A stretch of DNA of 64,000 nt from a virus, in IMG/VR virus record IMGVR_UViG_3300025151_000023, positions 21,743 to 85,742 of that record. One strand, written 5' to 3'. The position numbers and the translations under genes were made by a program. Each line of letters opens with the position of its first letter. The first letter of the stretch is position 1. Under the pieces are notes generated by a model, which searched no databases, was not told the origin of the DNA, and saw nothing but the letters and a program-made list of their open reading frames with translations. Of this stretch, positions 49,057 through 59,177 are shown piece after piece.

Positions 49057-49772
49057 ACCTAGATATAGTAACGTGCATTGATTGGGAGTATAGACAGTGG
49101 GCTATAACGTTGTTTAGATCTTTGAGCTCTGAATGGCGCAATCGTTATATCATTGCAGTAGGTCCAGGTGACTGGTATCAACTATCAATACAGTTGAACG
49201 CAACAATTATAGAGCAAGAACTAAATCCAAACTTTGACAAAGTAATTTGGTGTCAAAATGTAAGAATGAAACATCTTCACACGTTGTTATCGTCCATGAA
49301 TGATGGAGATTATTTGCTGTCGATTGATGCTGATTTTAAACAAAACAGACCATTCAATTGGGAAACTTTGAAAAAAGATCAATCAAATAAAACTTTTTGG
49401 TGCCAACGCAAAAAAGGCAAAATCAAAAGCAGATATCATCCAATGCCAAGGTATGTGCTGTGGCAACCAGAAGATCCCAGATTTCATATCAATGCTGGAT
49501 GGTGTTTGTACAAAAATGATGTACACAATAGAAAACGTTTGTCAGACATTGCCAAAGAATGGACCAACTACACACATGACATCAAAAACTGGGATCAGTT
49601 AATGTTGTTCAAGTATTTTAAAGACGTAGGAGGCACTGTTCCATTCAAATATATCGATGAAGGTACCAAAGCAAAATGGAATGATAACAATGGTGGGTAC
49701 AGTGATTATGCTACTTGGTGGCACTGCAAAGCTGGAAAAAAACTAAAAGAAAAGTTTTGGAATAATGTTTAG
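49053..49772 (+). CDS. GT-A fold (nucleotide-diphospho-sugar transferase-like) protein
   Basis: SIDAD, INAG, WDQ and WH motifs. Confidence 0.5.
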   Translation: MNLDIVTCIDWEYRQWAITLFRSLSSEWRNRYIIAVGPGDWYQLSIQLNATIIEQELNPNFDKVIWCQNVRMKHLHTLLSSMNDGDYLLSIDADFKQNRPFNWETLKKDQSNKTFWCQRKKGKIKSRYHPMPRYVLWQPEDPRFHINAGWCLYKNDVHNRKRLSDIAKEWTNYTHDIKNWDQLMLFKYFKDVGGTVPFKYIDEGTKAKWNDNNGGYSDYATWWHCKAGKKLKEKFWNNV

Positions 49773-50134
49773 TGACCGCCTGATAAATCTGCACTAACAT
49801 CCATAAAGTTAATCAAGTACCAATTGGTTCCATCATATACCCAGTTAGTGACATCACCCGATGCTGTGGTAATATCAGATGACCCACCTTTTAGTGTTGT
49901 GCCTGTAACATCAAACACTACTGCGGCAGTTGAAATTACAGTTATTATTTGTCCTGCAACGCCATCATCGAATGTAGTAAGTGTTTGTCCTGATGCATGT
50001 GTCTTCCAAAGATTGCCGCCACTAACGCTTGGTGTTGTGTCGGTTGCACTAAATGTACCAAACGTACCTGTGACATTAGCCGCAAAACTACTTTGCACTT
50101 GTACGTCGCTGTCGTCTCTAATTATTTTTGGCAT
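49769..50134 (-). CDS. Small beta-rich virion protein (possible capsid decoration)
   Basis: T/S/G-rich, VYDGTNW motif, own TAAATA box, immediately downstream of MCP. Confidence 0.55.
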   Translation of the reverse strand: MPKIIRDDSDVQVQSSFAANVTGTFGTFSATDTTPSVSGGNLWKTHASGQTLTTFDDGVAGQIITVISTAAVVFDVTGTTLKGGSSDITTASGDVTNWVYDGTNWYLINFMDVSADLSGGH

Positions 50135-50154
50135 TGTGTGTTATTTATTGTCAT

Positions 50155-50185
50155 AAAAAAAGGGGGACGTAAAATCCCCCCTTTT
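50155..50185 (-). terminator. Intrinsic terminator after MCP
   Basis: GGGGGA-TTTTACG-TCCCCC followed by T7. Confidence 0.85.
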
Positions 50186-50199
50186 GAATTGCGTAATTC

Positions 50200-51375
50200 T
50201 TACTTGAATGATACGTTAGATACACTAATTCTAGCCAAGTAGTCAGCCGCATTACCAAGTGATGATGCTGTGTTTGATAACTCAACATAACCATATCTTG
50301 TTAAGAAACTTACTACTGGTTCGAATGTAGATGGATCCAGTACCACACCAGAACTCATTAGCGGAATGTACGGACAGTAGAACGCTGGAGCATCAGCTTC
50401 TGATGAACCTTTGTAACCTACTAGTACGTCAGTACCTGTAGCCGCATAACCGTCAACATAAACTCTCATAGAGTTGTTTAAAGTACCTACAAACTTAGTG
50501 TTTGTTGGAGCTTCAAATACACCTTCAGTTGAACGTGCAAATGCTGATGTTGTTGCTGATTGTAAGATAGTTAAAGCTTCAGATGAAACAACAGCATAGT
50601 TACCCGCACCACGTCTTGTTCTTTGTGCGATTAAGTTAGCTTGTTGGTTGATCAGTACAGCCAGAGCCGCATGTTCGTCACCAACGAATGTTGCAGTACC
50701 TGATACAGCTGATTGGTCAAAAGCACCCGCAGCCGATCCAGCCAATGATCTTAAGCTAGTTAAGATTTCTTGGTCGATCTCTGCAGTAATTTCTTGAGCC
50801 AATGCCGCCATAATTTCTGCTTCAATGTCAATACCTTGTTGTGCTTGAGCGTCTTGTGCCGCTTCAAACGTCCATCTAGCTGAAAGTTTTCTAGATTTTG
50901 CTTCAACAACTTGTTTTAAGATCTGTACGTTTAATTTCTTACCCGCACTTCCCTCTAGCGTTGCAGTAGCCGAGCCTTTTGCCGGACTTGCATCGTTACC
51001 TGAGTAACTAGCCGCTATTTTGAAAGGTGATAACGCTTCATCACCACCAGCGATGTTTGTAGCACCGTTAGTAGTAGTATCTGCATATCTTACTCTCAAT
51101 GTGTGAATCTGACCAACTGGACCTGTCATTGGTTGTACACCAATCAGTTCGTTAGCGATTACAGTAGGCATGACCCTTCTGATAACTGGCAAAATAACTC
51201 TGTTCAGAGTTGCAACGTTACCCGCCATTGTAGCGCCTGAAGTTGCTTGCTCTGACAGGTATTTGCGTGTGTTTTCAAGGACCACATCCAAGTTTTTGGC
51301 TTTTGAACCAGTAACACCTTCCATAAGTGCTGTTTTGGTTTCTTGCCATTTATGTTCTAGCAATTGGGATGTCAT
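50200..51375 (-). CDS. gp23: Major capsid protein
   Basis: IRRVMP...GVQPMTGPVG, SRKLSARWT.EAAQD, EITAEIDQE, FYCPYIPL and TRYG motifs. Confidence 0.97.
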   Translation of the reverse strand: MTSQLLEHKWQETKTALMEGVTGSKAKNLDVVLENTRKYLSEQATSGATMAGNVATLNRVILPVIRRVMPTVIANELIGVQPMTGPVGQIHTLRVRYADTTTNGATNIAGGDEALSPFKIAASYSGNDASPAKGSATATLEGSAGKKLNVQILKQVVEAKSRKLSARWTFEAAQDAQAQQGIDIEAEIMAALAQEITAEIDQEILTSLRSLAGSAAGAFDQSAVSGTATFVGDEHAALAVLINQQANLIAQRTRRGAGNYAVVSSEALTILQSATTSAFARSTEGVFEAPTNTKFVGTLNNSMRVYVDGYAATGTDVLVGYKGSSEADAPAFYCPYIPLMSSGVVLDPSTFEPVVSFLTRYGYVELSNTASSLGNAADYLARISVSNVSFK

Positions 51376-51388
51376 TTTTCTATTCTCC

Positions 51389-52453
51389 TTAGTTAATACC
51401 TGCTAATTTGCGGATGCTTATCACATCCTCATCTTGTTCTTTTGCCTGTGGTTTTGCCTTTTTGTCGCCTGTTGATTCTGTTCTTGATTCTGAGATTATT
51501 GAAGCCTTCTTAGCATCCTTCATTACATGTGGAAGATACTTGTTGAAAGCAGTCTTTAAGTTGTCTGTCTGCACTGTTTCTAACAGATTTGACATTACAT
51601 CTTTTTTATCGCCGGAAAGAGGTTGTAACATTTCGTTTAACACTCTATCTCTCTTATGTCTGTTTTCAATTTTTGACTTTTGAATTTTTTCAGACTCAAG
51701 AAGTTTAGATGTTTCACTAATTTTACTTTCAGCTTCAGCAAGTTTGCTTTGTAACTTACGAATTTCCGAAGTCTCATGTAGGTATGAAGTCAAATACTCT
51801 GAAGTATAAGCTTCAAATATTTTTCTTCCGAAGTTGTTTTCTCTAGCAACTTTAATGTCATCTTTGAACTGAGTCATTTCTTTAGTGATGTTCTCACTAA
51901 CAACCTGCTCAACAATTTTACTTGCTTTCTTGATGAATGCGTTTCTAATTTCAGCAAATTTTTCTTTTGCTTCTTTAACTAGTTTCACACGAGTTTCAAC
52001 AACTGATTTTTTATCTGATTCGAACTCATTAAGTTCTTTAGCAAGCGATTTTGTAACAAATGCTTCTAAAGTTTTAATTTGTTGTGCGGCAGATTTTCTA
52101 TCGTTTTGTAACTCTGTCATTTCTTTTGCTAGTTGCTTTGTAATGAACTTCTGTAGCATTTCCATGTGTGGTTTAACGCCTCTTTTGTACATTACTCTTT
52201 GGGCCGCCAGTTGTTTTCTGTCTTCAACAAACTCTGCAATCTCTTTTTTGAGTGCTTCATTTGTCAATCGGTCCATAGCTTCTACCATAACGGACTTGTC
52301 ATGTTCGTAACGCTTTGCAAACTCTTCTCTGACCTCAGTCTTAGCTTCTTCTTTGACTTCTGCTAATTTAGATTCCCATGCTTCTTCAATAGATGCACGA
52401 GTTTCTTCGTTTACCAGGTCTTTGTCAAGGAGTTGTTTGATTACGTCTAGCAT
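51389..52453 (-). CDS. gp22: Prohead scaffolding/core protein
   Basis: Coiled-coil E/K-rich protein with GRKIFEAY, located between protease and MCP. Confidence 0.85.
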   Translation of the reverse strand: MLDVIKQLLDKDLVNEETRASIEEAWESKLAEVKEEAKTEVREEFAKRYEHDKSVMVEAMDRLTNEALKKEIAEFVEDRKQLAAQRVMYKRGVKPHMEMLQKFITKQLAKEMTELQNDRKSAAQQIKTLEAFVTKSLAKELNEFESDKKSVVETRVKLVKEAKEKFAEIRNAFIKKASKIVEQVVSENITKEMTQFKDDIKVARENNFGRKIFEAYTSEYLTSYLHETSEIRKLQSKLAEAESKISETSKLLESEKIQKSKIENRHKRDRVLNEMLQPLSGDKKDVMSNLLETVQTDNLKTAFNKYLPHVMKDAKKASIISESRTESTGDKKAKPQAKEQDEDVISIRKLAGIN

Positions 52454-52463
52454 GATTTTCTCC

Positions 52464-53090
52464 TTATTTCAATTTGAGATCTCTAATTAAAGAGATCACT
52501 CCTTCTTTTAAATGTTTTTGTGCCTTTGTGTCGTGCCTTACTGCCTTTGCTACGCCTAATAGTTGATGGCCGCCTCTCATATTGAGTAAACCTTCATATA
52601 TCGGTGTTGGATAGGCATTTGGGGCACTTGGTTGTGCAACAATGTCCACTGTAATAATATCAAATTCAGATACATTACCGCTTCCTTCGTCAACATTTCC
52701 TGAGCCTCTACTTGATACGCCTAATTTTACGCCTGATTGTAACATAGTTTCTACTAATTTACCCATCGGAGTGGGTAAAATCTTTAATTTTCCAAATCCA
52801 TTGTGTCCTTCCATCCACATGCTTGACACCATGTGTGAAACGCGATCTAAATTAATCTTTAAATCTTCTGGGTGGTCAACTTCGCCGAGGACACTTTGGC
52901 CCCCAGCGATTTGATCGGATAGTTTGGATACTGCTCTGTTGATCTCGTAAGTAGGATACACCCTTTGGTTAGCGTTTTTAACGTTACCTTGAATACAAAT
53001 ACCCTTCATGTATAGATCTTTACCTTCTTTGCTTGACTCAATCACCATTTGTGCTTGGTCAAATGTAAGATGTTCACTGAGAGTTTGCAT
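52464..53090 (-). CDS. gp21: Prohead protease
   Basis: NANQRVYP, GEVDHP, GVSSRGSG and DIVAQPSAPNAY motifs. Confidence 0.95.
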   Translation of the reverse strand: MQTLSEHLTFDQAQMVIESSKEGKDLYMKGICIQGNVKNANQRVYPTYEINRAVSKLSDQIAGGQSVLGEVDHPEDLKINLDRVSHMVSSMWMEGHNGFGKLKILPTPMGKLVETMLQSGVKLGVSSRGSGNVDEGSGNVSEFDIITVDIVAQPSAPNAYPTPIYEGLLNMRGGHQLLGVAKAVRHDTKAQKHLKEGVISLIRDLKLK

Positions 53091-53101
53091 ATCCTAGTTC
53101 C

Positions 53102-53947
53102 TTACTTGCTTGCTACCGGTGAAGCTGATTTAGTTGTATCAACTGTCATTGGTTTTGGAGACGCTTCGCCTTTTACATTCTTGTGTCCGCCTGAGTTAGC
53201 AAATTTTGTACCCATTGGCTTTGCACTTGCTGGTGTTACGTTTCCTTGATCTCCACCTTCGTCAAATTTAACAGCTTTACCATTGTTAATAGGCTTGTTT
53301 TTGTTAGCCACAACAGCTTTTTTGCTGTCTACAGCTTTTTCACTGCCCATTTTTTCTGCTCCATGGCCGTCTTTAACCATTTCTGCGTACTCTTTAACAA
53401 TTTTGTCTGCTGATTCTAACGTTGCAGATTCTTCAGCTGGTTCTTCAACTGTGTCTTCAACTGATTCATCCGCTTCTTCAGGTTTGTCATCCATCATTTT
53501 TGAAAATTCAGCTTTTAGAGCGTCTAGTTCTTTTTCTAATGGTTCAAAAACTTCTTCAGTTTCAGCATCAGCTTCTGCTTCTGGCTCGTCGTCCATGTGA
53601 TCCATGTCGTCACCTTCAGCTTCTGCTTCGATGTCTGCTAGTAAATCGTCAGTTGCGTCACCGCCGATTTCTTCAACAGTTTCTTCTGTAGCTTCTGCAG
53701 GCTCTTCAGTTTCTTCAACTGCGTCTGCATCAGTGTCTTCGTCGTTTTTTGCTTCTTCAACTTCGTCAGCTTCAACTTTGTCAGCTGATTCATCAGTTGC
53801 TTCTGCCTCTTCTTTGCTGTCTTCTTCAGCAAGGATACCTTCATAAATTTGTCTTGATTTCTCTACAACAATTTCATGAAAGACTTTTTCAGCCTCATCC
53901 TTGTTCTCGTTGACTAGCAAGTCGAGTAGTTTTTCAAATTTTGACAT
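53102..53947 (-). CDS. Highly acidic prohead core protein
   Basis: FHEIVVEKSRQIYE followed by an E/D-rich tract; late box plus AAGGAG SD; upstream of gp21. Confidence 0.7.
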   Translation of the reverse strand: MSKFEKLLDLLVNENKDEAEKVFHEIVVEKSRQIYEGILAEEDSKEEAEATDESADKVEADEVEEAKNDEDTDADAVEETEEPAEATEETVEEIGGDATDDLLADIEAEAEGDDMDHMDDEPEAEADAETEEVFEPLEKELDALKAEFSKMMDDKPEEADESVEDTVEEPAEESATLESADKIVKEYAEMVKDGHGAEKMGSEKAVDSKKAVVANKNKPINNGKAVKFDEGGDQGNVTPASAKPMGTKFANSGGHKNVKGEASPKPMTVDTTKSASPVASK

Positions 53948-54001
53948 GATTTTAGTCTCCTTTTGTAGCTTTATTTAACAATGTAAAGGGATAAGAACCT
54001 T

Positions 54002-54886
54002 TTAAGGGGTCTTTTTGGCTATTTTAGGCATTTTACTCAAATGTTCTTCGAATTTTTCGTAAGTGATATCAATCCAATTCTTTTTTTGAGCTAATTTATT
54101 GGGAGATTGCTGTCCATCTAATACTACATGGTAAAATTTTGCGTTGCTGTGCGTAGATGTGTTCATCAGCATCTGATTTAACCAGTTGCCAAAGTACGTT
54201 CTGTCTGAATTTGCTTTGCGATAGCGGTCTTGGCCTTTGTACATATTATTAAGTCGGCGTCCTTTAGACTCACTTATCTTGCCTTCTACAGTAATACCAA
54301 AGAAATCCATGCCTAGAATGTACAGTGTTTGAAACTTTTTGTATTCTAGTGCTATTCTAGTGGACGTTGGACCTGATGACCACCCCCAATCTTTGGCTAT
54401 TCTTTTGGGTCTTGTGTCTTTGATACTGCCACGTGGGTATGTCCACATTTCTAGTTTGTCAGGTACATCACGATCACAGATATATTTTACTGTTGCAATG
54501 TCAACAGCCACTAGTGCGTCTGGCCAAAAGTCTTCTACAATTGGCAATACATTCATACCCATCACATATCCTTTGTCCTTCAGTTTGTGTAGATCAAAAT
54601 CACGTCTTGATTCTCCATTTGCAATAATAAAGCACACATCACCCACAGGTTTGTATTCTATATCTTTACTTGGAATAGGTTCTGTAGGTACACGCTGTGG
54701 ACGTATTTTGCTTTTCTTGTAAATTTCTTCTAATTTTTGTAAATTTTCTTTGGCATTGGCCTTCATGTCTGCATCAAGATATGCATCAACGTTAATATTG
54801 TTTTTATTGAGGGCGGCAAACTTAGTATGTCCGTTAAGATATGCTTTGTAAGCCTCAATCCTCATGATTGTACGTCTTCCAGCCAT
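54002..54886 (-). CDS. Maf/DUF115-like putative glycosyltransferase inside the head cluster
   Basis: CFIIANGESR, PDALVAVD, WSSGPT and YILGMDF motifs; paralog of 1996-2679. Confidence 0.55.
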   Translation of the reverse strand: MAGRRTIMRIEAYKAYLNGHTKFAALNKNNINVDAYLDADMKANAKENLQKLEEIYKKSKIRPQRVPTEPIPSKDIEYKPVGDVCFIIANGESRRDFDLHKLKDKGYVMGMNVLPIVEDFWPDALVAVDIATVKYICDRDVPDKLEMWTYPRGSIKDTRPKRIAKDWGWSSGPTSTRIALEYKKFQTLYILGMDFFGITVEGKISESKGRRLNNMYKGQDRYRKANSDRTYFGNWLNQMLMNTSTHSNAKFYHVVLDGQQSPNKLAQKKNWIDITYEKFEEHLSKMPKIAKKTP

Positions 54887-54901
54887 TTCAGTTAATAGTT
54901 A

Positions 54902-55135
54902 TTAAAGGGTAGGTTCAGCCACATCAGCAATTGATCCGCCATACATTTTTTTGTACAGTTCCATTGCTGTTCTTTTTTCATTGCGTCTTGCTTGCACAGA
55001 TAATCGCAACTGGTTGATCATTTCAAGTGTCAGTTTTGATTTGCGAGTATCATTCTCCATATCATAACGAGTTTTGTCTTTCAGTGTTTGATATCTGTCT
55101 TCATCGACAGCGGAAAAAAATTCTAACAGTTGCAT
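54902..55135 (-). CDS. Small conserved-looking head-cluster protein
   Basis: DTRKSKLTLEMINQLR...MYG; ATG 55135 lies 5 nt after TAAATA. Confidence 0.65.
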   Translation of the reverse strand: MQLLEFFSAVDEDRYQTLKDKTRYDMENDTRKSKLTLEMINQLRLSVQARRNEKRTAMELYKKMYGGSIADVAEPTL

Positions 55136-55148
55136 GTGTGTATTTACT

Positions 55149-56873
55149 TTATTCGTCGCCTTCATCTGCCGCAACTAGATCGCCTTCTTCGCCTGTATCT
55201 AGTTCGTCACCTGGAACATCATCTGGTGTTGGTTGTGTTTCTCCTGCGATGTCAGTGTCAATACCGCCACCTGTCACACCTACATCACGTAGATCTGCTC
55301 CTTTAGCCGCATCATCACGCGATTCTCCTTTTTCTTCAGACCACATAACTTGGTTCTGGGCCATTTCTTCTTCTGAAAGTCCTAAGAAACGCTTCAGTGC
55401 AAAACGTTTGCTCAAATAAGGCACTTGCTCAATCTGTGTGAACGCATTTACACGTTGATTGTCCAGCTCGATTTGTCTGTAAGCGGCAAAATTCTGTGGT
55501 GTAGTAAATTTAATATCAAACAGTGATGTATCAATGTTGATGCCTCTGTTTTTAAGGAACAATTTGAACTCAGTGTTCAACGGAGGAACTACAATTTCTT
55601 GTAATCTTTCACAATACTTGTTGAATCTTAATTCTTGAATGTATGCAGTGCCAACTCTGCCGTCTGAATATTGTGGATTTGCTCCATCATCTGGTCCTGT
55701 TGGCAAATAGCTTGATGGAATACGCAAAGCACGATACAACTTATTAGTAAAGTATCTTAAATCATCAATTTCACCAAGGTTTGTACCACCTGGCAATGTT
55801 TCAACTTTTGATCCTCTACCTTCTGCTGTGGTTGGGAAGAAATAATCTTCATTAATTGACAACGGATTGTAAGATGCATCTATGTGATTCTGTCCACCTG
55901 ATATACTTGGAATACGTCTTTGGTGTATTTCGTTTTTAACACGTTCAACAAATCCCATCGCCATGTGTGTTGGCATGTTTCCAACATCGATATAAAACAC
56001 TCTACGTTCTGGTGCTCTATGTACTCTGTAAATTATAATTGCATCTTCAAGTAATTCTTTTTGCTTAAATGTTTTAAACACAGTTTCAAGTATTGATGTA
56101 CCAAAAGGAAAGTTAGTGTCTAGTCCTTCTGACAGTGAAACATGTGCAACATGATTGGCATCAACGGCCGATTGATTCACTGATGTTTGGAATCTACCTG
56201 CTGAGCCTGAGCCATATGATCCAGGTCCAGTGTATTGGCCACCTTTGGTTTGACCATATCCTTGATCAGATACTGCTGATGAGCCTGGAGATGAATAAGT
56301 TACATTGGCAGTCAGTTGTGACGCTGACAATGATTCTAAATTTAAATTTAGATCTCTAAACACATACTGTTCTGGCTCTTTGCCTTTGCTTTCGTTAACA
56401 ATTATTTTGTCACACTTCTGTGCATGCACATGAATAAGTTCTTGTGTTTCAGGATCTCGTATAAAAAACGAATCTCCATATTTTAATGTGTTACGGAACA
56501 GTCTAAAAACTCTTCTGTTCCAATCATTCAATGCTGTGAATTGTTGAATTGCATCTTTTAAAATTAATGCTTCTGACTCTGTTGGATTGTCATGAAAGTG
56601 TATGTCAAAAGGTGTTTCTGTTTTTTTATTTTTTTGTGTACAAAATTCTGCAATGATATCCAATGCCGCATTCACTTCTGAATCTTGATCCATTTGATCA
56701 TATTGATAATAGCGTTCCATTCTGTTGGAGTGTCCTGTGTACACTTCAGGCAGATATGATGTGTAGTTTCTACGGCCCACTGTTGCACCAGGGCTTGACG
56801 CTGTGTTTGATCCAGACACTGGCGATAAACTACCGTCTGGTTTGACTAGATTAAAATATTTTTTCCAACTCAT
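55149..56873 (-). CDS. gp20: Portal protein
   Basis: EDAIIIYRVHRAPERRVFYIDVGNMP, EDYFFP, VETLPGG.NLGEIDD and ELRF motifs. Confidence 0.96.
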   Translation of the reverse strand: MSWKKYFNLVKPDGSLSPVSGSNTASSPGATVGRRNYTSYLPEVYTGHSNRMERYYQYDQMDQDSEVNAALDIIAEFCTQKNKKTETPFDIHFHDNPTESEALILKDAIQQFTALNDWNRRVFRLFRNTLKYGDSFFIRDPETQELIHVHAQKCDKIIVNESKGKEPEQYVFRDLNLNLESLSASQLTANVTYSSPGSSAVSDQGYGQTKGGQYTGPGSYGSGSAGRFQTSVNQSAVDANHVAHVSLSEGLDTNFPFGTSILETVFKTFKQKELLEDAIIIYRVHRAPERRVFYIDVGNMPTHMAMGFVERVKNEIHQRRIPSISGGQNHIDASYNPLSINEDYFFPTTAEGRGSKVETLPGGTNLGEIDDLRYFTNKLYRALRIPSSYLPTGPDDGANPQYSDGRVGTAYIQELRFNKYCERLQEIVVPPLNTEFKLFLKNRGINIDTSLFDIKFTTPQNFAAYRQIELDNQRVNAFTQIEQVPYLSKRFALKRFLGLSEEEMAQNQVMWSEEKGESRDDAAKGADLRDVGVTGGGIDTDIAGETQPTPDDVPGDELDTGEEGDLVAADEGDE

Positions 56874-56919
56874 GACTTATATTATACGTTCCTTTTGATA
56901 TGATTGCAAGTATTTAAAG

Positions 56920-59136
56920 TTAAAAGTGACCATTTGCTGTCAAAACCTTTGTCATTAAGTTCTTAATGTCTCTTCTCATAGCTTTCATTTCTGCTTCTAC
57001 ATTTGCAATCGGCATCAAACCATTCTTCAATTCGTTTGCAAAACTGGTTGTTCCTGTGTATGCACCTCTCTGCATGCTTGGTAATGCTGAACTTTCTTGT
57101 GTTTCTGCTGTGGCTGTGCTTGCTGTTGATCCAATGTCTAGATCACCCATCACTGGGCCGCCTGCATATCTTGGTGTTGCCATAGCAGTGGTAACTGCGT
57201 TGCTGTACACATGACCAGATGATCCAGGATCCATTCTCAACAGTTCAGGACCACGTTCTCCTACCATATACAATCCACCGCCTACACGTCCGCCAGAAGC
57301 TTTTCCATTGCCTCCGAAGGCCAAGCTGTATAGATCTTTAAGTAGTCTTTCGCCAAAACCAGTAGCACCGCCAACATCTTCGGTGGTGATCCCTGGAACG
57401 TAATCTAGTAGTCCTACATCCATACCTGCATAGTTTGTACCGCCTACTCCAAATAATGGACTCAGCAAAAAGTTTAATACATCATCATATATAAGTCCGC
57501 CTGAAAAATCCATTGTAGAAGCTGAACCTGGCGCTAAATTTTCAAAAGACTTTTTGAAGCTTTCTTCAAGTAGTGATTTAGTGTCATTAATAACATCTAC
57601 TAGTCCTTGTGCCGCCGATAGCTGAAGCACTGTTAAAGGCTCCATATTTTCTAATATTGCTTTTTGGATGTCTGGACCAACACTTTCTAAAGCAGTTGCT
57701 AAGGTTATAAGTTTATCGTTAAAATCGCTAATGTTTACTCCAGCAATTTGATCATTAGTATCTTTTGTTATTGTACCAAGTGAGTCTACTGCGTCTCTCA
57801 CACTTCCGCCTCTGTCTAAGATTGCGTTGATATTGCTTGCCTGCACCACAGTGTTTGCAATTATATCGGACAATGCATTTGATTGGCCCAACATTGCAAA
57901 AGTACCTACTTCTAAATTACCAGCATTAGTTGAAATGTCTGCAATGGCTTTTACTGTTGAAGCATACGCTTCGTTATCATCTATTACAAATTGCCCTTTT
58001 GCTAATGTGTCAGCAAACAGTTGCTCAACACTTGCTTGGAATTCTGGAGCAATCTGATTGAACAGTGCTGATTGTTCTGTTACTGAACCACCAAATGTGA
58101 ACAATTCGATTGCCGCCTGTTTGGCCGCATCTGTTGGTAATGACGCTACCAATTCTTCTATTGCCGCGGCTTCTTTGCTCATGTTATTGAGACGCATTTG
58201 TTGTAGTTTAGATTGGAATGCACCATCCGCCGCTATCTGAGCCCTGGCGGCTCTCATGTCATCCACTTCTTGTCCTGTAAACTCTGATATGATCCTTAAA
58301 TTTTTTGCATACTGGAACGACCGTTGTGCAAGTTCGTCTTCGCTCATGTTTCTAATTGCTAATGATGATCTTTGGTCTTGTAGAAATTGTGCTAAGAAGT
58401 CAGCAGTTTCTTCAGCACCATAACCAAAGCCTTTCAATGCTCGTGCAAAATCACCTTCTTCATCTCTCAGCATGGCTTGTATTGATGTAAAACGTTTCAC
58501 GCCTGCATCAAAACTACCACCTAGCACTAGCACCCCTTGTTGTGCGTTCATTATATTTTCTGTCAAAGATGATAAACTTAAATTGCCTGCTCTAGCAGAA
58601 GCGGCCAGCTCCAACAAATCATTTTGTAAACCAAATCCTGCCCCAGACAGAGTGTAAAAACTTTCTATAGTATCATCCATTACTTGATTGTTAAACTCAA
58701 ACAGCACCTTGGCTACATCCCCAAATGCAGTTAGTGCCGTTCCAGCCAAAGGAATAGCAGACGTTAGTGAAGTGAATGAATCTATCATAATGGCAGTCAC
58801 TGTATTCAAATCAGAAAATTTACCTGTGGATTGAGCCAATCCACCTATGATTCCACCAGCGCCTGATATTACACCAGACATTCCTTGCAAGGCTTTTTCA
58901 GTAGTGCTTGTTGTAGCCCTTAGCTTGTCTGTTTCTACAGTGGTTTTTTTGATAGTACCGGTGAATCCTGGACCTCGAGGTTGACCTAAAGCTGTTTTTG
59001 CCTCTTTTATAGTTTTTCCAAGGCCGGTTGACCCTGATTCTATCGAATTTGCTAGTTTTACCAGTGTTTCTTCACTAGCCCACCTAGGGACCGTGATAGT
59101 TTCACCCATTAATTGTATATCAATTGTATCTGCCAT
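56920..59136 (-). CDS. Tape measure-like protein
   Basis: 738-aa A/G/S-rich helical protein with C-terminal ASGG...YMVGERGPEL motif; divergent from the gp26-like gene. Confidence 0.7.
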   Translation of the reverse strand: MADTIDIQLMGETITVPRWASEETLVKLANSIESGSTGLGKTIKEAKTALGQPRGPGFTGTIKKTTVETDKLRATTSTTEKALQGMSGVISGAGGIIGGLAQSTGKFSDLNTVTAIMIDSFTSLTSAIPLAGTALTAFGDVAKVLFEFNNQVMDDTIESFYTLSGAGFGLQNDLLELAASARAGNLSLSSLTENIMNAQQGVLVLGGSFDAGVKRFTSIQAMLRDEEGDFARALKGFGYGAEETADFLAQFLQDQRSSLAIRNMSEDELAQRSFQYAKNLRIISEFTGQEVDDMRAARAQIAADGAFQSKLQQMRLNNMSKEAAAIEELVASLPTDAAKQAAIELFTFGGSVTEQSALFNQIAPEFQASVEQLFADTLAKGQFVIDDNEAYASTVKAIADISTNAGNLEVGTFAMLGQSNALSDIIANTVVQASNINAILDRGGSVRDAVDSLGTITKDTNDQIAGVNISDFNDKLITLATALESVGPDIQKAILENMEPLTVLQLSAAQGLVDVINDTKSLLEESFKKSFENLAPGSASTMDFSGGLIYDDVLNFLLSPLFGVGGTNYAGMDVGLLDYVPGITTEDVGGATGFGERLLKDLYSLAFGGNGKASGGRVGGGLYMVGERGPELLRMDPGSSGHVYSNAVTTAMATPRYAGGPVMGDLDIGSTASTATAETQESSALPSMQRGAYTGTTSFANELKNGLMPIANVEAEMKAMRRDIKNLMTKVLTANGHF

Positions 59137-59177
59137 AATATGCGTACATAAATATTCGTACTATAAATATTTATTGC

